A stretch of DNA of 64,000 nucleotides from Cyanobacteria bacterium P01_A01_bin.123 (GTDB lineage Bacteria; Cyanobacteriota; Cyanobacteriia; Phormidesmidales; Phormidesmidaceae): assembly GCA_039815185.1 (NCBI GenBank), contig JBCBZT010000033.1, positions 27,838-91,837 of the forward strand, given 5' to 3'. A program made the translations under genes and the position numbers. How positions within the stretch are numbered: position 1 is the stretch's first letter; the number at the start of each line of letters is the position of its first letter. The notes beneath the pieces are model-generated. The model saw only the letters and a list, made by a program, of their open reading frames with translations, made no database searches and was not told the DNA's origin. Below, piece by piece: positions 18,843 through 27,699 of this stretch.

Positions 18843-20849
18843 CTAATTCTCCTTGGCTTTTAAGCCGGGGATGGGCAGACAGAAAATCAGATACGGCACC
18901 CATTTGAAGATGATGTCCAGCAGCAGCACGAAGATAATCAGCAAGATCAAGGCACAGATAGTGATGATGGGAATGGATAGGGTGCAAATCTTGCCAATGT
19001 CGATACCGCTGCTGTCGCACTTGGCCCCACTGGTATTGAGCTTTTTGTTGAAGGGCCAGGGCAGCACGGATAACACCAGGTCGCCAAAGGTCAGCGATCG
19101 CGCCTTTTCGATCTGACAGCTGAGGGAATCGGAAATCACGAACGAAGTATTTTTGGCGAATTTGCGCAAGCCCGCCGGGGACGTATCCACAGGCATAGGA
19201 ATGCGGATAGGTCGTGCCGGGGCATCGGGGTCGAAGTAGGACGCCATTTGGAATCGCTGGGTGGGTTCGCTGACGACCGCCGGATGCAGACTGGGCGGAC
19301 AGTGGGGGCGCTCAAAGACACAACGAATCACAAACCCGTTGTTGGCCACATCCGAGGTTTTGGCCGAGAACGAAATGGCTTGGGCCAGGGGCGTCTGAGG
19401 AATGGGGCGCGTGGCGGTTGCGGCTTCGGCAGCCAGGGCCAACCGGATCAAACCCGGAGCCGTCAGTTCCCGCGTATCGGGGTCGTGGGTGTCGTCGAGG
19501 GCATCCAGTTCGGCACGCAATCCCCGCCCGCAGAGCAAAAACACCGACTCGGGCCAGTCTTGGGCCGAGGGGATGTTGGTCGAGTCGTAGGCAACGGTGG
19601 TTTGTTCAAGGTACCCGCGTTTTTCCTCCGCATCCCGCAAGGCTCGTGTCAGCCGGATGGACGTCACCCCAGGAGCGGCCTGCTGACCCACCAGCAATTC
19701 GTAATAATCGTTGAGCCCCCCCAGCTCAAACTCGGTTTCATCCGCGGGGCGAAAGCGGATGTCGTCCAGCGCGTTGTAAAGATTCCGCTGGGCCGAGGGT
19801 AGGGAACTGACAGTAACCTCACCGTTGATCACCCGCCACAGCTGGGGCAGATAGGTCTGCAGGAAGCTGGCAAAATCTAGCAGCACGTACCAGCTACTGA
19901 GTTGTAGCTGATCTCGTTGCGCGATGACGGTTTGCTGTAACGCCTGCCGATCGCCGTCATCCCCGTCCGCGTTGATGTCGTTGAAGCTCGTTTGAACCGT
20001 TCGCGTAAACGGCCCCAGTTCCCGCCCCGGAGGAGCTGCACTATTGGTGGGATCTTCGCCCACAGGACGCCGCAATTCTCGCCAGGGAGCGGCCACATCC
20101 AAATTGAAGAGGGTGACCAGCTGATCGAGTCGATCCTCTAGGCTGTTGGCGGCGGTCGCCGTCGCGTCGGCCTCGGGGACGGATTGGCGGGGCGCATTTA
20201 GCAACCGTTCCCGTTCCCCCACAGGAACCAACCCGGCAAAGCTGCGGCGACGATAGTCCCCGGCCTCGCTGTAGGTGACGGGAAACATGGGGAATGTGGC
20301 TTCGCCAGGGAGCAACTGCTTGTCGATATCGCCCACGGGCTGCCAGCGATCGCCTACCAAGGCATGTTCCTTTACCTGATTGTCGGCAGCATCCTCCAGA
20401 TAGCGGCGCAGCACAAAGGACACCTGCTCATCGTTGTTGGTCTTGAGAGTGCGATCGGGCAGCCCCGGCACGCGACACACCAGGTTAGCGGTGACCAGGT
20501 AGTACCGTTCGTGGGCGGGCTGGTAGAGCCTTAGTGGCTCACTGTCTGACTCAGCCGTCTCAGTGGCGGCGGCTGGGAAAGCCGAGGGGAGCGGCGGCAG
20601 GGGGGGGATGGGAGCGGGCTGACGCCAGGTTTCCGGCTGCACCTGCCATTCTCCCAACCGTTCAGGAGCTTGGGTCGCCACCGTCAGAAAATCGTCCATA
20701 AAGTTGTCGCTTGTGAATCGCAACAGGGCCGGACGCAGCAGGGTGGCATTATCCGTGGGCTCGGCAAAGCGCCATAGGGGAGCCGCCGTGCGCCACTGCA
20801 CAGGATGATCGGGGGTTAACGCCGGACGGGTACGGGGGAGGACTACCAT
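18843..20849 (-). CDS. Uncharacterised eCIS protein with C-terminal transmembrane segment
   Basis: 668 aa; overlaps the gp5 stop by 7 nt; C-terminal ICTLSIPIITICALILLIIFVLLLDIIFKWVPYLIFCLP is strongly hydrophobic. Confidence 0.85.
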   Translation of the reverse strand: MVVLPRTRPALTPDHPVQWRTAAPLWRFAEPTDNATLLRPALLRFTSDNFMDDFLTVATQAPERLGEWQVQPETWRQPAPIPPLPPLPSAFPAAATETAESDSEPLRLYQPAHERYYLVTANLVCRVPGLPDRTLKTNNDEQVSFVLRRYLEDAADNQVKEHALVGDRWQPVGDIDKQLLPGEATFPMFPVTYSEAGDYRRRSFAGLVPVGERERLLNAPRQSVPEADATATAANSLEDRLDQLVTLFNLDVAAPWRELRRPVGEDPTNSAAPPGRELGPFTRTVQTSFNDINADGDDGDRQALQQTVIAQRDQLQLSSWYVLLDFASFLQTYLPQLWRVINGEVTVSSLPSAQRNLYNALDDIRFRPADETEFELGGLNDYYELLVGQQAAPGVTSIRLTRALRDAEEKRGYLEQTTVAYDSTNIPSAQDWPESVFLLCGRGLRAELDALDDTHDPDTRELTAPGLIRLALAAEAATATRPIPQTPLAQAISFSAKTSDVANNGFVIRCVFERPHCPPSLHPAVVSEPTQRFQMASYFDPDAPARPIRIPMPVDTSPAGLRKFAKNTSFVISDSLSCQIEKARSLTFGDLVLSVLPWPFNKKLNTSGAKCDSSGIDIGKICTLSIPIITICALILLIIFVLLLDIIFKWVPYLIFCLPIPGLKAKEN

Positions 20850-21553
20850 ATGTTTCCAGCTCCTGGGGTATAGGTGGCACTGACGGTGGTGTTGGTGATA
20901 TTTGTGTCGGACTTGACCACGCCGCTGAATTTGCTCATCCCGGCATTGACGGACACCAGGCTGGCGTTGACCTCCATCGTGGTGGTGTTGATGGTGACTT
21001 TGCTGCCGTTGCTCACGGTGATGCCGCTGGCGTCGAGGGTGACCTGATTGCCGTTGCTGTCAGTCATGTCAATGGTGGCGGGGGAGTCGGCACAGACGAC
21101 TTTTTGGCCGCCAGGGGTTTCGACGATGAACTGCACGCCACCGTCGGTGTCGTCAAAGGTGACTCGAATGCCGCTGCGGGAGGTGATGGAGCGGACATTG
21201 TTGTTATCGTCCATAGATTCGGGTGGCGTATCGACGCCGTTCCATACCGACCCGACGACAATGGGCGACCAGGGGCAGCCGCCTTCAAAGGCCAAAATAA
21301 CCTCGTCATCGGGTTCGGGAATCAACCAGGTGCCGCGATCGCCCCCGGCCATTAGCGTGGCCACCCGCGCCCAAATTTCAAAGGGGTCGCCATCGGGATC
21401 CGTCGTCCAAGGAAGCCGCACGCGCACCCGCCCCTGTCCATCGGGATCTTGCACATCGGTCACGAGCCCGACATAGACGCCGTAGTAGGGTCCCCCGGTG
21501 CCGCTGATGGGGGGCGGGGGCATCCAGTTGTGAAGGGGAGGACTGCTAACCAT
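20843..21553 (-). CDS. Phage baseplate assembly protein V / gp5 OB-fold spike (VgrG C-terminal half)
   Basis: GVYVGLVTDVQDPDGQGRVRVRLPW, WARV, PEPDDEVILAFEGG, beta-spike repeats. Confidence 0.93.
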   Translation of the reverse strand: MVSSPPLHNWMPPPPISGTGGPYYGVYVGLVTDVQDPDGQGRVRVRLPWTTDPDGDPFEIWARVATLMAGGDRGTWLIPEPDDEVILAFEGGCPWSPIVVGSVWNGVDTPPESMDDNNNVRSITSRSGIRVTFDDTDGGVQFIVETPGGQKVVCADSPATIDMTDSNGNQVTLDASGITVSNGSKVTINTTTMEVNASLVSVNAGMSKFSGVVKSDTNITNTTVSATYTPGAGNIW

Positions 21554-21562
21554 TTCACGCTC

Positions 21563-22660
21563 CTATGCCCCTAAACCGGGACGCTCAACGACAAACTCGG
21601 TGAGGTAACCACCCCCGGGCTGACGACTAAAACTGTGGTGGACTTCGCTGACGGTGTAGAGACCACTAAAGAGCGGCCCCAAGCCCTGCAACTCAATCGC
21701 CCGCCCTACCCGAATGCGCGCATCCCCACGGGCTTTACCCGTACCCACCACAAACCGACGCGCCTGTGCCCGAAAACTGGCCTCCGCGATCGCCTGGGTT
21801 TCCGTGGCCGTCAACGGCATCTGTTGGGCAATGCGATCGGGGCGATCGCCAAAGGCCCCACTGACAATGCTGGCCGCACTGGTCAATCCCGCTAACTCAT
21901 TGCTCAGGAGGCTGTCATCAGCTTCGTGCTCCAGCCGTTCTTTAGCCTGCACATCCCAGCCACTCACCACCACTTGGGTGTACTGATCCGCCGTATCGGC
22001 GATGACGCTAAATTCCAGCAGGCCCCGATTCAAGGCCAAGATCAGCTGCTCATCAGATTGCTGTCGCGCCTGTCGCCCCTGTACATGCAAGGTGTTTCCA
22101 TCAATCCAAATTTCGGCGGCCAAGCGTCGCGCCCGCAATCGCAGAAAGGCCAGATCACTCTGGTTTAGCTGGGCAATCACCGCCAGACGGGGCGGTTCCG
22201 TCAGGTCAATGTCCGGCTGCAATCCATGGTCGTTAGCAAGCTGCTCAAACACCTCGCCATCAGTCACATCTTCAAAGGTTCGCGTACGCCGGATTTGCCG
22301 TAATGCCTGGGCAGCATCCTCCGCCAGCACCACGATCTGCGGCGGTTCCCCCGCCAAAAATTGACCCTCTAAGGCTGTAATGCATCCCTTAAACGCTTCG
22401 ATGCCTTCATCCCCAGCCCCTAGAGTGACGCGGATCTCCTTGCCAAAGTCGAGCAGATCGCGATCGAAGTACAGATAATCGAGACCGTTGCCGCGATCGC
22501 CCCAGTTCGTAAATCGCGCTTCACAGTGATACAGCCCCTCAATGGTTTCCGCCACCGTGAGTGATACCAGCGCCGGAGTCAAGCGCGGTTGAGGCTCGCC
22601 ATCAAGGGTGAAAGCGGCTTCAGCGGGAACGATACCAGGGGGAACTCCGAGTTCGATCAT
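21563..22660 (-). CDS. Phage late control D / gp27-like hub (VgrG N-terminal half)
   Basis: FKGCITALE, RRTRTF, QLNQSDLAFLRLRARR, VSGWD, GLGPLFSGLYTVSEVHH. Confidence 0.92.
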   Translation of the reverse strand: MIELGVPPGIVPAEAAFTLDGEPQPRLTPALVSLTVAETIEGLYHCEARFTNWGDRGNGLDYLYFDRDLLDFGKEIRVTLGAGDEGIEAFKGCITALEGQFLAGEPPQIVVLAEDAAQALRQIRRTRTFEDVTDGEVFEQLANDHGLQPDIDLTEPPRLAVIAQLNQSDLAFLRLRARRLAAEIWIDGNTLHVQGRQARQQSDEQLILALNRGLLEFSVIADTADQYTQVVVSGWDVQAKERLEHEADDSLLSNELAGLTSAASIVSGAFGDRPDRIAQQMPLTATETQAIAEASFRAQARRFVVGTGKARGDARIRVGRAIELQGLGPLFSGLYTVSEVHHSFSRQPGGGYLTEFVVERPGLGA

Positions 22661-22669
22661 GGGAGGGGG

Positions 22670-22706
22670 GTAAAGGGTAGAAGGGAAAAGGCAGAAGGCA
22701 GAAGGA
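22670..22706. repeat. Short tandem heptamer repeats (STRR-like, AGGCAGA family)
   Basis: GGTAAAG GGTAGAA GGGAAAA GGCAGAA GGCAGAA; similar degenerate heptamers at ~27620-27660. Confidence 0.55.
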
Positions 22707-22814
22707 AATTCGTAGGATGTATTCGCGCAGCAACGCGACCAAAAGCAATGTGGAAGTTCTGCTGCCCTGGCTCCGCTAGGGCACCGAATTAGGGCGGCTC
22801 TGCCGCCAATCGCC

Positions 22815-22982
22815 CTAACGCGCGTGGACGCGCAGTTGCCGAGACATCAGCTTACGGGTAACCCAGTAAATATCCCGAGGCGTCGGGCCAGGGGGCGGCA
22901 GGTTCACCGGGTCGCTATTGCGGATTTCCTGACGACTCGGCGGGGGGGCAATGACTTCGATTTCGTTGATGATGATAGGCAT
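22815..22982 (-). CDS. Small eCIS protein (55 aa), DUF5908/Afp6-like; absent from the ORF track
   Basis: Translated by hand: MPIIINEIEVIAPPPSRQEIRNSDPVNLPPPGPTPRDIYWVTRKLMSRQLRVHAR; MPIxIxE start typical of the small gene between tube/LysM and spike genes. Confidence 0.75.
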   Translation of the reverse strand: MPIIINEIEVIAPPPSRQEIRNSDPVNLPPPGPTPRDIYWVTRKLMSRQLRVHAR

Positions 22983-23189
22983 GGCTTATCCGGGTTTGGG
23001 AGAACAAGGAGGAGGTTGGGAGAATTCGGAATTCGGAATTTGTCCGTAGGGTATGTTTGGCGGAGCTAACGCACCGCATCGAAATGCTGGCAAATGCCCC
23101 AGGAGATCTCTGGGAGGATGGGTGGGGGTCGGCAAGGTGAACAGGGCGCGATCGCATCCCAATCAATCGACAACATTCTCACGGTAGGA

Positions 23190-24050
23190 TTAACCATTGA
23201 GACGACCTCCGGCTTGCAGATTGGTGCGCACTCCCCCGATCGCCACTCCCGCACTCGCGCTTGCACTCGCGCTCGTTCCGACCGAAGTTTTGGCCTTCAC
23301 ATTCAAATTTAGGAGAGTACCGGGAGCGATATGGCGAGGATTTTCAATGCCATTGGCGGCGGCGACAGCCTTCCAATCCGCCTTGATGCCTGCATTGGCG
23401 ACCAGGCCCTGCAGGTTGGCTCCCTGGATGGCCGAGGTGAGAGGCGTGGTGCCAGCTTGGCCAGTGCCGTCGCCCGTTTTGGGTGGTGGGGTGGCTTGGG
23501 GACTCTTCCCAAACTTAAAGTGAATCCCTGGCTGACTCAGGTTAATCGTGACGGTGGCCCGCAGGGGGCGTCCGTCTTCCGACCACAGCTCCAGGGTTTC
23601 ATCCATGGACACAACAATGCCGTCAAAGACAAACGTGCCCCACTGGAATCGAATGCCCGGAACCCGATAGCGCTGTTGTTCCTCAGACTGACCGCCTGAT
23701 CCAGAGCCCGATTCGGCGGCTTGATCGGTGGTGCTGCCATCGTTTTTTTGGGGAATAGCGTTAATGAAATAGGCAACTTCCTGGGTGGTTTTGCGCACGT
23801 CTTGGGTATTTTGAGCCCCTTCTCCGGAGACATCAAAGATCAACTCCACCGTTAATTTGGAGTCCCCTTTGCCCACCGACTGAATGGAGGAGCCATTGTT
23901 GCCCCCATTCGTCTGCACCTGGTTAGAGTAGGACACCTTCAACGAAGCGGGATTGAACTGCACCGTCATCCGCGGTTTGCTCGCCACCTCTGGGTCTTCT
24001 CCCTCGGGCCAGCGAATAATTTCAAACAGCTTGGCTTTTTCTAAGGTCAT
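23190..24050 (-). CDS. CIS tube initiator/LysM-type protein (Afp7/Pvc7-like)
   Basis: VQFNPASL, FQWGTFVFDG, DGRPLRATVTINL, degenerate LysM WKAVAAANGIENPRHIAPGTLL. Confidence 0.88.
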   Translation of the reverse strand: MTLEKAKLFEIIRWPEGEDPEVASKPRMTVQFNPASLKVSYSNQVQTNGGNNGSSIQSVGKGDSKLTVELIFDVSGEGAQNTQDVRKTTQEVAYFINAIPQKNDGSTTDQAAESGSGSGGQSEEQQRYRVPGIRFQWGTFVFDGIVVSMDETLELWSEDGRPLRATVTINLSQPGIHFKFGKSPQATPPPKTGDGTGQAGTTPLTSAIQGANLQGLVANAGIKADWKAVAAANGIENPRHIAPGTLLNLNVKAKTSVGTSASASASAGVAIGGVRTNLQAGGRLNG

Positions 24051-24065
24051 GGTGACGGCTTCCCA

Positions 24066-24590
24066 TTACGACAATCCGATGCTGGCCTGGGCGCTAACCC
24101 CCACACTGGCCTGCACGTTTAAGCCCAATTGCGGGCTATCAAAGTCCACTTCCATCGCGGCATAGACGAGTTGCAGTTCTTCGATCGCAATCCCCCCTTC
24201 CTTCGCATTTAACGTCGGCACCCGCAGCTTGATCGGCAGGCAATCCTTCAACTTGAAGGTGATTTGCTTTTGTTGGGCCCCATCCAGCATCACCACGCGG
24301 CCTTGGCCCCGCAGTCCCCGTTGCTCGGTCTTCATCACCTCGGTGAACCATTTCCACAGACCAAAGTCTTTGCTCATGCCCCGCTTCAGTGTCAGTTGAC
24401 TGTAGGACACGGGGCCCGCTAGGTGAATTTGTTCGTTGTTCAACCCGCCCTGATGGAAGGTTTTCGGCTCCATGGTCATTTCCAGCCCATCACAGTCCTG
24501 GAAAGCCGCCTGGCAAAGTTCATCAGCAATCCCATCGACGCTGATCTCCACTAGGAAATTGAAGGTCGTGAACACGCGACTAGCTACCAA
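24066..24590 (-). CDS. Tail tube protein 2 (T4 gp19-like, Afp5-like)
   Basis: FNFLVEI, AFQDCDGLEM, YSQLTLKRGM, LWKWF, IAIEELQL. Confidence 0.93.
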   Translation of the reverse strand: MVASRVFTTFNFLVEISVDGIADELCQAAFQDCDGLEMTMEPKTFHQGGLNNEQIHLAGPVSYSQLTLKRGMSKDFGLWKWFTEVMKTEQRGLRGQGRVVMLDGAQQKQITFKLKDCLPIKLRVPTLNAKEGGIAIEELQLVYAAMEVDFDSPQLGLNVQASVGVSAQASIGLS

Positions 24591-27114
24591 GGGTCTGGAC
24601 CTCCTGTATGGTCAACTGATCCGTTTCCTGCTGCACCAGGCGGACGGTGATAAACGTGAGCGGCTGGGCGGGGGCCACCCGCAGCTCCACAATGAGTTGT
24701 CCTTGCTCAATGGTGACGGGGGTATTGAGTGTCCCATCCAACACCACTTGAAAGGCCTCGGTCGGCGACCGACCGGCAAAGGCTCCCCGATCAAACAATC
24801 GGCCTAGCAGCCGCTCGAAGCGTTGCTGAATACGGCGGCGAAACGCGGCACTGTGGGGAGCGAAGACATAGGTGCGCCCCTCCTGCAGGGCCAAGCGTCG
24901 GAGCAAAATAAATAAGCGGCGCACATTGAGGTCTTCGAACTCGGGGCCTAGGCTTTGGGTATAGCTGCCCCAGGCCACAAAGCCTCTCGCGGTCTGCCGA
25001 ATGGGATTAATGCCCGTGCTGTATAGGGTTTGCTCATCCCGTAGGGCAAAGGTGGGCACGGTGGCCAGGATATCTTGCAGCCGCTCATTGGCAGGGGCAA
25101 TCCAGGCTCCTTGGGTGAGACTGAGGGCGGCCATCACACCGGTATTGGCCCCCGTCGGTTCGGTGTGAATGAGGTCGCTCGAGTCGTCGCGACTAATCAA
25201 CCAGGGATGGTAAAAGGCGAGATAGCTGTCGGTGGTCTCGCCATCGCGCCGCACCTGACTGAGGAACTGCTGCTGGTAGTGCAGGACTTCTGGTAATCGG
25301 TAATGTTTAGGCAACCCCAACACCGCCACCCGATCGCCCAACGCGGCGGCCATTCTCGCGATCGCTCGCTGCACTTCCAGTAGTCCCGTCTCGTCGTATT
25401 CGAGGGCGGAGAGAAGCTGCCACTGTTCTGTTGGGGTGGGTGGCAGGGGCGGTAGCAGGGACGGACTGTCCGTTTCAGGGGGCGGCACGCAGGGAATGAA
25501 CGGTCCCGATTTGGCACAGGGATCCGGTCGTTCTGGCCCGTCATCCGGCGATTCGGGTGTGACGCTGACCACCGGCGTGAGTCGCCAGCCGGGATGGGCC
25601 ACATCGGGGAGCGCTACCAGACTGATCTCCTCCAGCGTAATCAGGCTATGAATCCCGATCAGGGATTGGCCCTGCAGGTAGAGACGATCGCTGGCTTCAT
25701 TCAGCAGCGATCGCTGCCCGGTATACCGTAAATAACTATCCAGAAACAGCTCCGGAAGGAAGATGGCCCAGTGGCTTCCAGTCAGCGCCCCCAGGTCATC
25801 ATCCATTGTAGGCACCAGGCCGTCCCGCACCAGCGGGTCGCCGGGAGGAATCTGGGGCGATCGGGCTGCCGTCATCCGATCCAACCCCAGGGGCAGAATA
25901 GTTGTTCCCGTTTCCAGGGCCATGGCTAGGGGAAACCGGGGGGTGGTGACTTCCTGCCAAAGGGTTGCTGCGGGATGACGGCGGGTGACATCCCGTGGCC
26001 CAAAGCGCGGGGCCAGCAACGCCGGATCGGTGGGCAAGTAGCCGATAAAGCGGGGATGGGGAGCTGCGCCCGCCAGGTTTAATAGAGTAAACCGGGAATT
26101 ATCTTCAGCTTCGTCTGTGCTCTGGACTGTGAGCGCCAGCTGAATTTGCTGCAAGCGCTCCAGGGTGAGCGGTCCCGTCGCCAGATCTGCCCCCACGGCC
26201 CACACACTGGCGATGTCCAATTCCTGACCGAGAGCAACCTCATCGACCAACAGCCAGAGCGTTTGGTTTGCCGTCTCCAGTCGGAGCCAGGCCCCCGCTT
26301 GGATGGCCAGCGGATCGGTAAGCCGCAACAGAGCCTGCTCTACTACGGTGTCATCCTCATCAGGAGCCCCCTTCAGCGTGGCCGTCGTGAAAGTCGGCCC
26401 GGTCTCAGAGGTTGCGGATACGAGATGAACCGTACCGGTCAGTGGCAGTTGAGTCACCGACAACCGATGGAACCAGTGCAAGACATCGGGGGGCACGGTC
26501 ACGGTGCCCGCAATCGCTCCTATAGTTGGCGGCAATGTGGTATAAGCCCGGTGGCGGCGATCGCTGAAGTCGAGCTGCAGGATGTCTCCCGGCTGCAAGG
26601 ACTGATTTTGGGGCAAATTCACCAGAGTCAGCTCAGGGTTGTCTCCCGGCCCGACAATCAGGGGCTCAAACCCCAGTGCCTTGACAAGCGGTTCCACTCG
26701 GGTGATGAGTCTATCGGCCCAACTGCCGGGACAGCGGGCCTGAGCGACAACGGCGTCATAGCGACCGTTGGGCATAGTTTGTAACAGTCCCGCTAGGGGG
26801 AAAATCGTGGTAGTTGCCACGGGATTGGCGACGCGCACAATCCAGCAACGACGGCCCCCTTGGGCAAAAAACGCCTTAACTGCTGGCGCCAAACACGCCG
26901 TTTGCCACAGTCCCGCCTCACTATCCCAAGCCAAACGATAGAAGCCCCCGAAAATGTTGACAAAATCGGGATAGCTCTCAACCACGACCGGCACCTGCAC
27001 CGGTCCCCGCTGGGCAAACCCTACGAAGGCAGCCACATCCATTCGGGGCAGATCCACCGTCGTCGGTGTCTCGACCCGAAAGGCCATTCCTGGAAATCGG
27101 CGGGCGGTTTGCAT
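24580..27114 (-). CDS. Tail sheath protein 2
   Basis: Likely start MQTARRFPG at 27114 after GAGG; PRMDVAAFVGFAQRGP N-terminus; WIAPANE, GINPIR, LNVRRLFILLRR sheath C-terminus. Confidence 0.9.
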   Translation of the reverse strand: MQTARRFPGMAFRVETPTTVDLPRMDVAAFVGFAQRGPVQVPVVVESYPDFVNIFGGFYRLAWDSEAGLWQTACLAPAVKAFFAQGGRRCWIVRVANPVATTTIFPLAGLLQTMPNGRYDAVVAQARCPGSWADRLITRVEPLVKALGFEPLIVGPGDNPELTLVNLPQNQSLQPGDILQLDFSDRRHRAYTTLPPTIGAIAGTVTVPPDVLHWFHRLSVTQLPLTGTVHLVSATSETGPTFTTATLKGAPDEDDTVVEQALLRLTDPLAIQAGAWLRLETANQTLWLLVDEVALGQELDIASVWAVGADLATGPLTLERLQQIQLALTVQSTDEAEDNSRFTLLNLAGAAPHPRFIGYLPTDPALLAPRFGPRDVTRRHPAATLWQEVTTPRFPLAMALETGTTILPLGLDRMTAARSPQIPPGDPLVRDGLVPTMDDDLGALTGSHWAIFLPELFLDSYLRYTGQRSLLNEASDRLYLQGQSLIGIHSLITLEEISLVALPDVAHPGWRLTPVVSVTPESPDDGPERPDPCAKSGPFIPCVPPPETDSPSLLPPLPPTPTEQWQLLSALEYDETGLLEVQRAIARMAAALGDRVAVLGLPKHYRLPEVLHYQQQFLSQVRRDGETTDSYLAFYHPWLISRDDSSDLIHTEPTGANTGVMAALSLTQGAWIAPANERLQDILATVPTFALRDEQTLYSTGINPIRQTARGFVAWGSYTQSLGPEFEDLNVRRLFILLRRLALQEGRTYVFAPHSAAFRRRIQQRFERLLGRLFDRGAFAGRSPTEAFQVVLDGTLNTPVTIEQGQLIVELRVAPAQPLTFITVRLVQQETDQLTIQEVQTLGS

Positions 27115-27124
27115 AGCCTCTTCC

Positions 27125-27571
27125 TTACTCGAACTGGATATCTTCGACGGACAGTCCCAATTCCTCGATCGCCACATCCGTTCCCTTGCCATTCAAAGAC
27201 GGGCCAGTGTACTTCATCGGCTGAGCACCGAAGAGTTTCCAGGTCAGCGCGATCGCGCTGAGATCTTCGGTTTGCAGCTCAATCGTGATATCCCGGCGGG
27301 CGTCGACCCCACTGCGGACTTCATCGAGCCATTCGGTTAAATCCAGTGCCCCTAAGACACCCCGCTTGAGGGAAATGTCAGTGGCCTTGTAGATGCCCGG
27401 AATTTTGATCGGGGCATTGCGGACATCATTGCCCGCTCGATATTCCTGCATGGTGATTTCGACCCCCAGGCCAGTCACCTCCTGGAAGCCTGCCTTGGGG
27501 CCATCGGAACCACCCCCCAAGTCCACCAGGAAGCGGAAAGCACCATAGGGGCGATCGCGCTCAGTAGCCAT
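27125..27571 (-). CDS. Major tail tube protein (T4 gp19-like, Afp1-like)
   Basis: PYGAFRFLVDL, GFQEVTGL, EYRAGN, KIPG, ISLKRGV, VAIEELGL. Confidence 0.95.
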   Translation of the reverse strand: MATERDRPYGAFRFLVDLGGGSDGPKAGFQEVTGLGVEITMQEYRAGNDVRNAPIKIPGIYKATDISLKRGVLGALDLTEWLDEVRSGVDARRDITIELQTEDLSAIALTWKLFGAQPMKYTGPSLNGKGTDVAIEELGLSVEDIQFE

Positions 27572-27699
27572 AACACAGTCTCCTTACAGTCAATTCATGA
27601 ATAGGATTTGACAGTCTAAAAAGGCAGAAGACAGAGGTCGGAAGTCGGAGGTCGGAAGCTAAAATCCAAAATTCCACTCCCACACCCACTCCCCTATCC

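Noticed and set aside
23066..23266. Cys/Pro-rich short ORF (…IAPCSPCRPPP…) as a RiPP precursor
   Set aside because: Overlaps the upstream gene end, no modifying enzymes nearby, no supporting motif
27115..27192. Upstream start of sheath 2 given by the ORF track
   Set aside because: Overlaps the tube gene; ATG at 27114 has an RBS and a normal spacing
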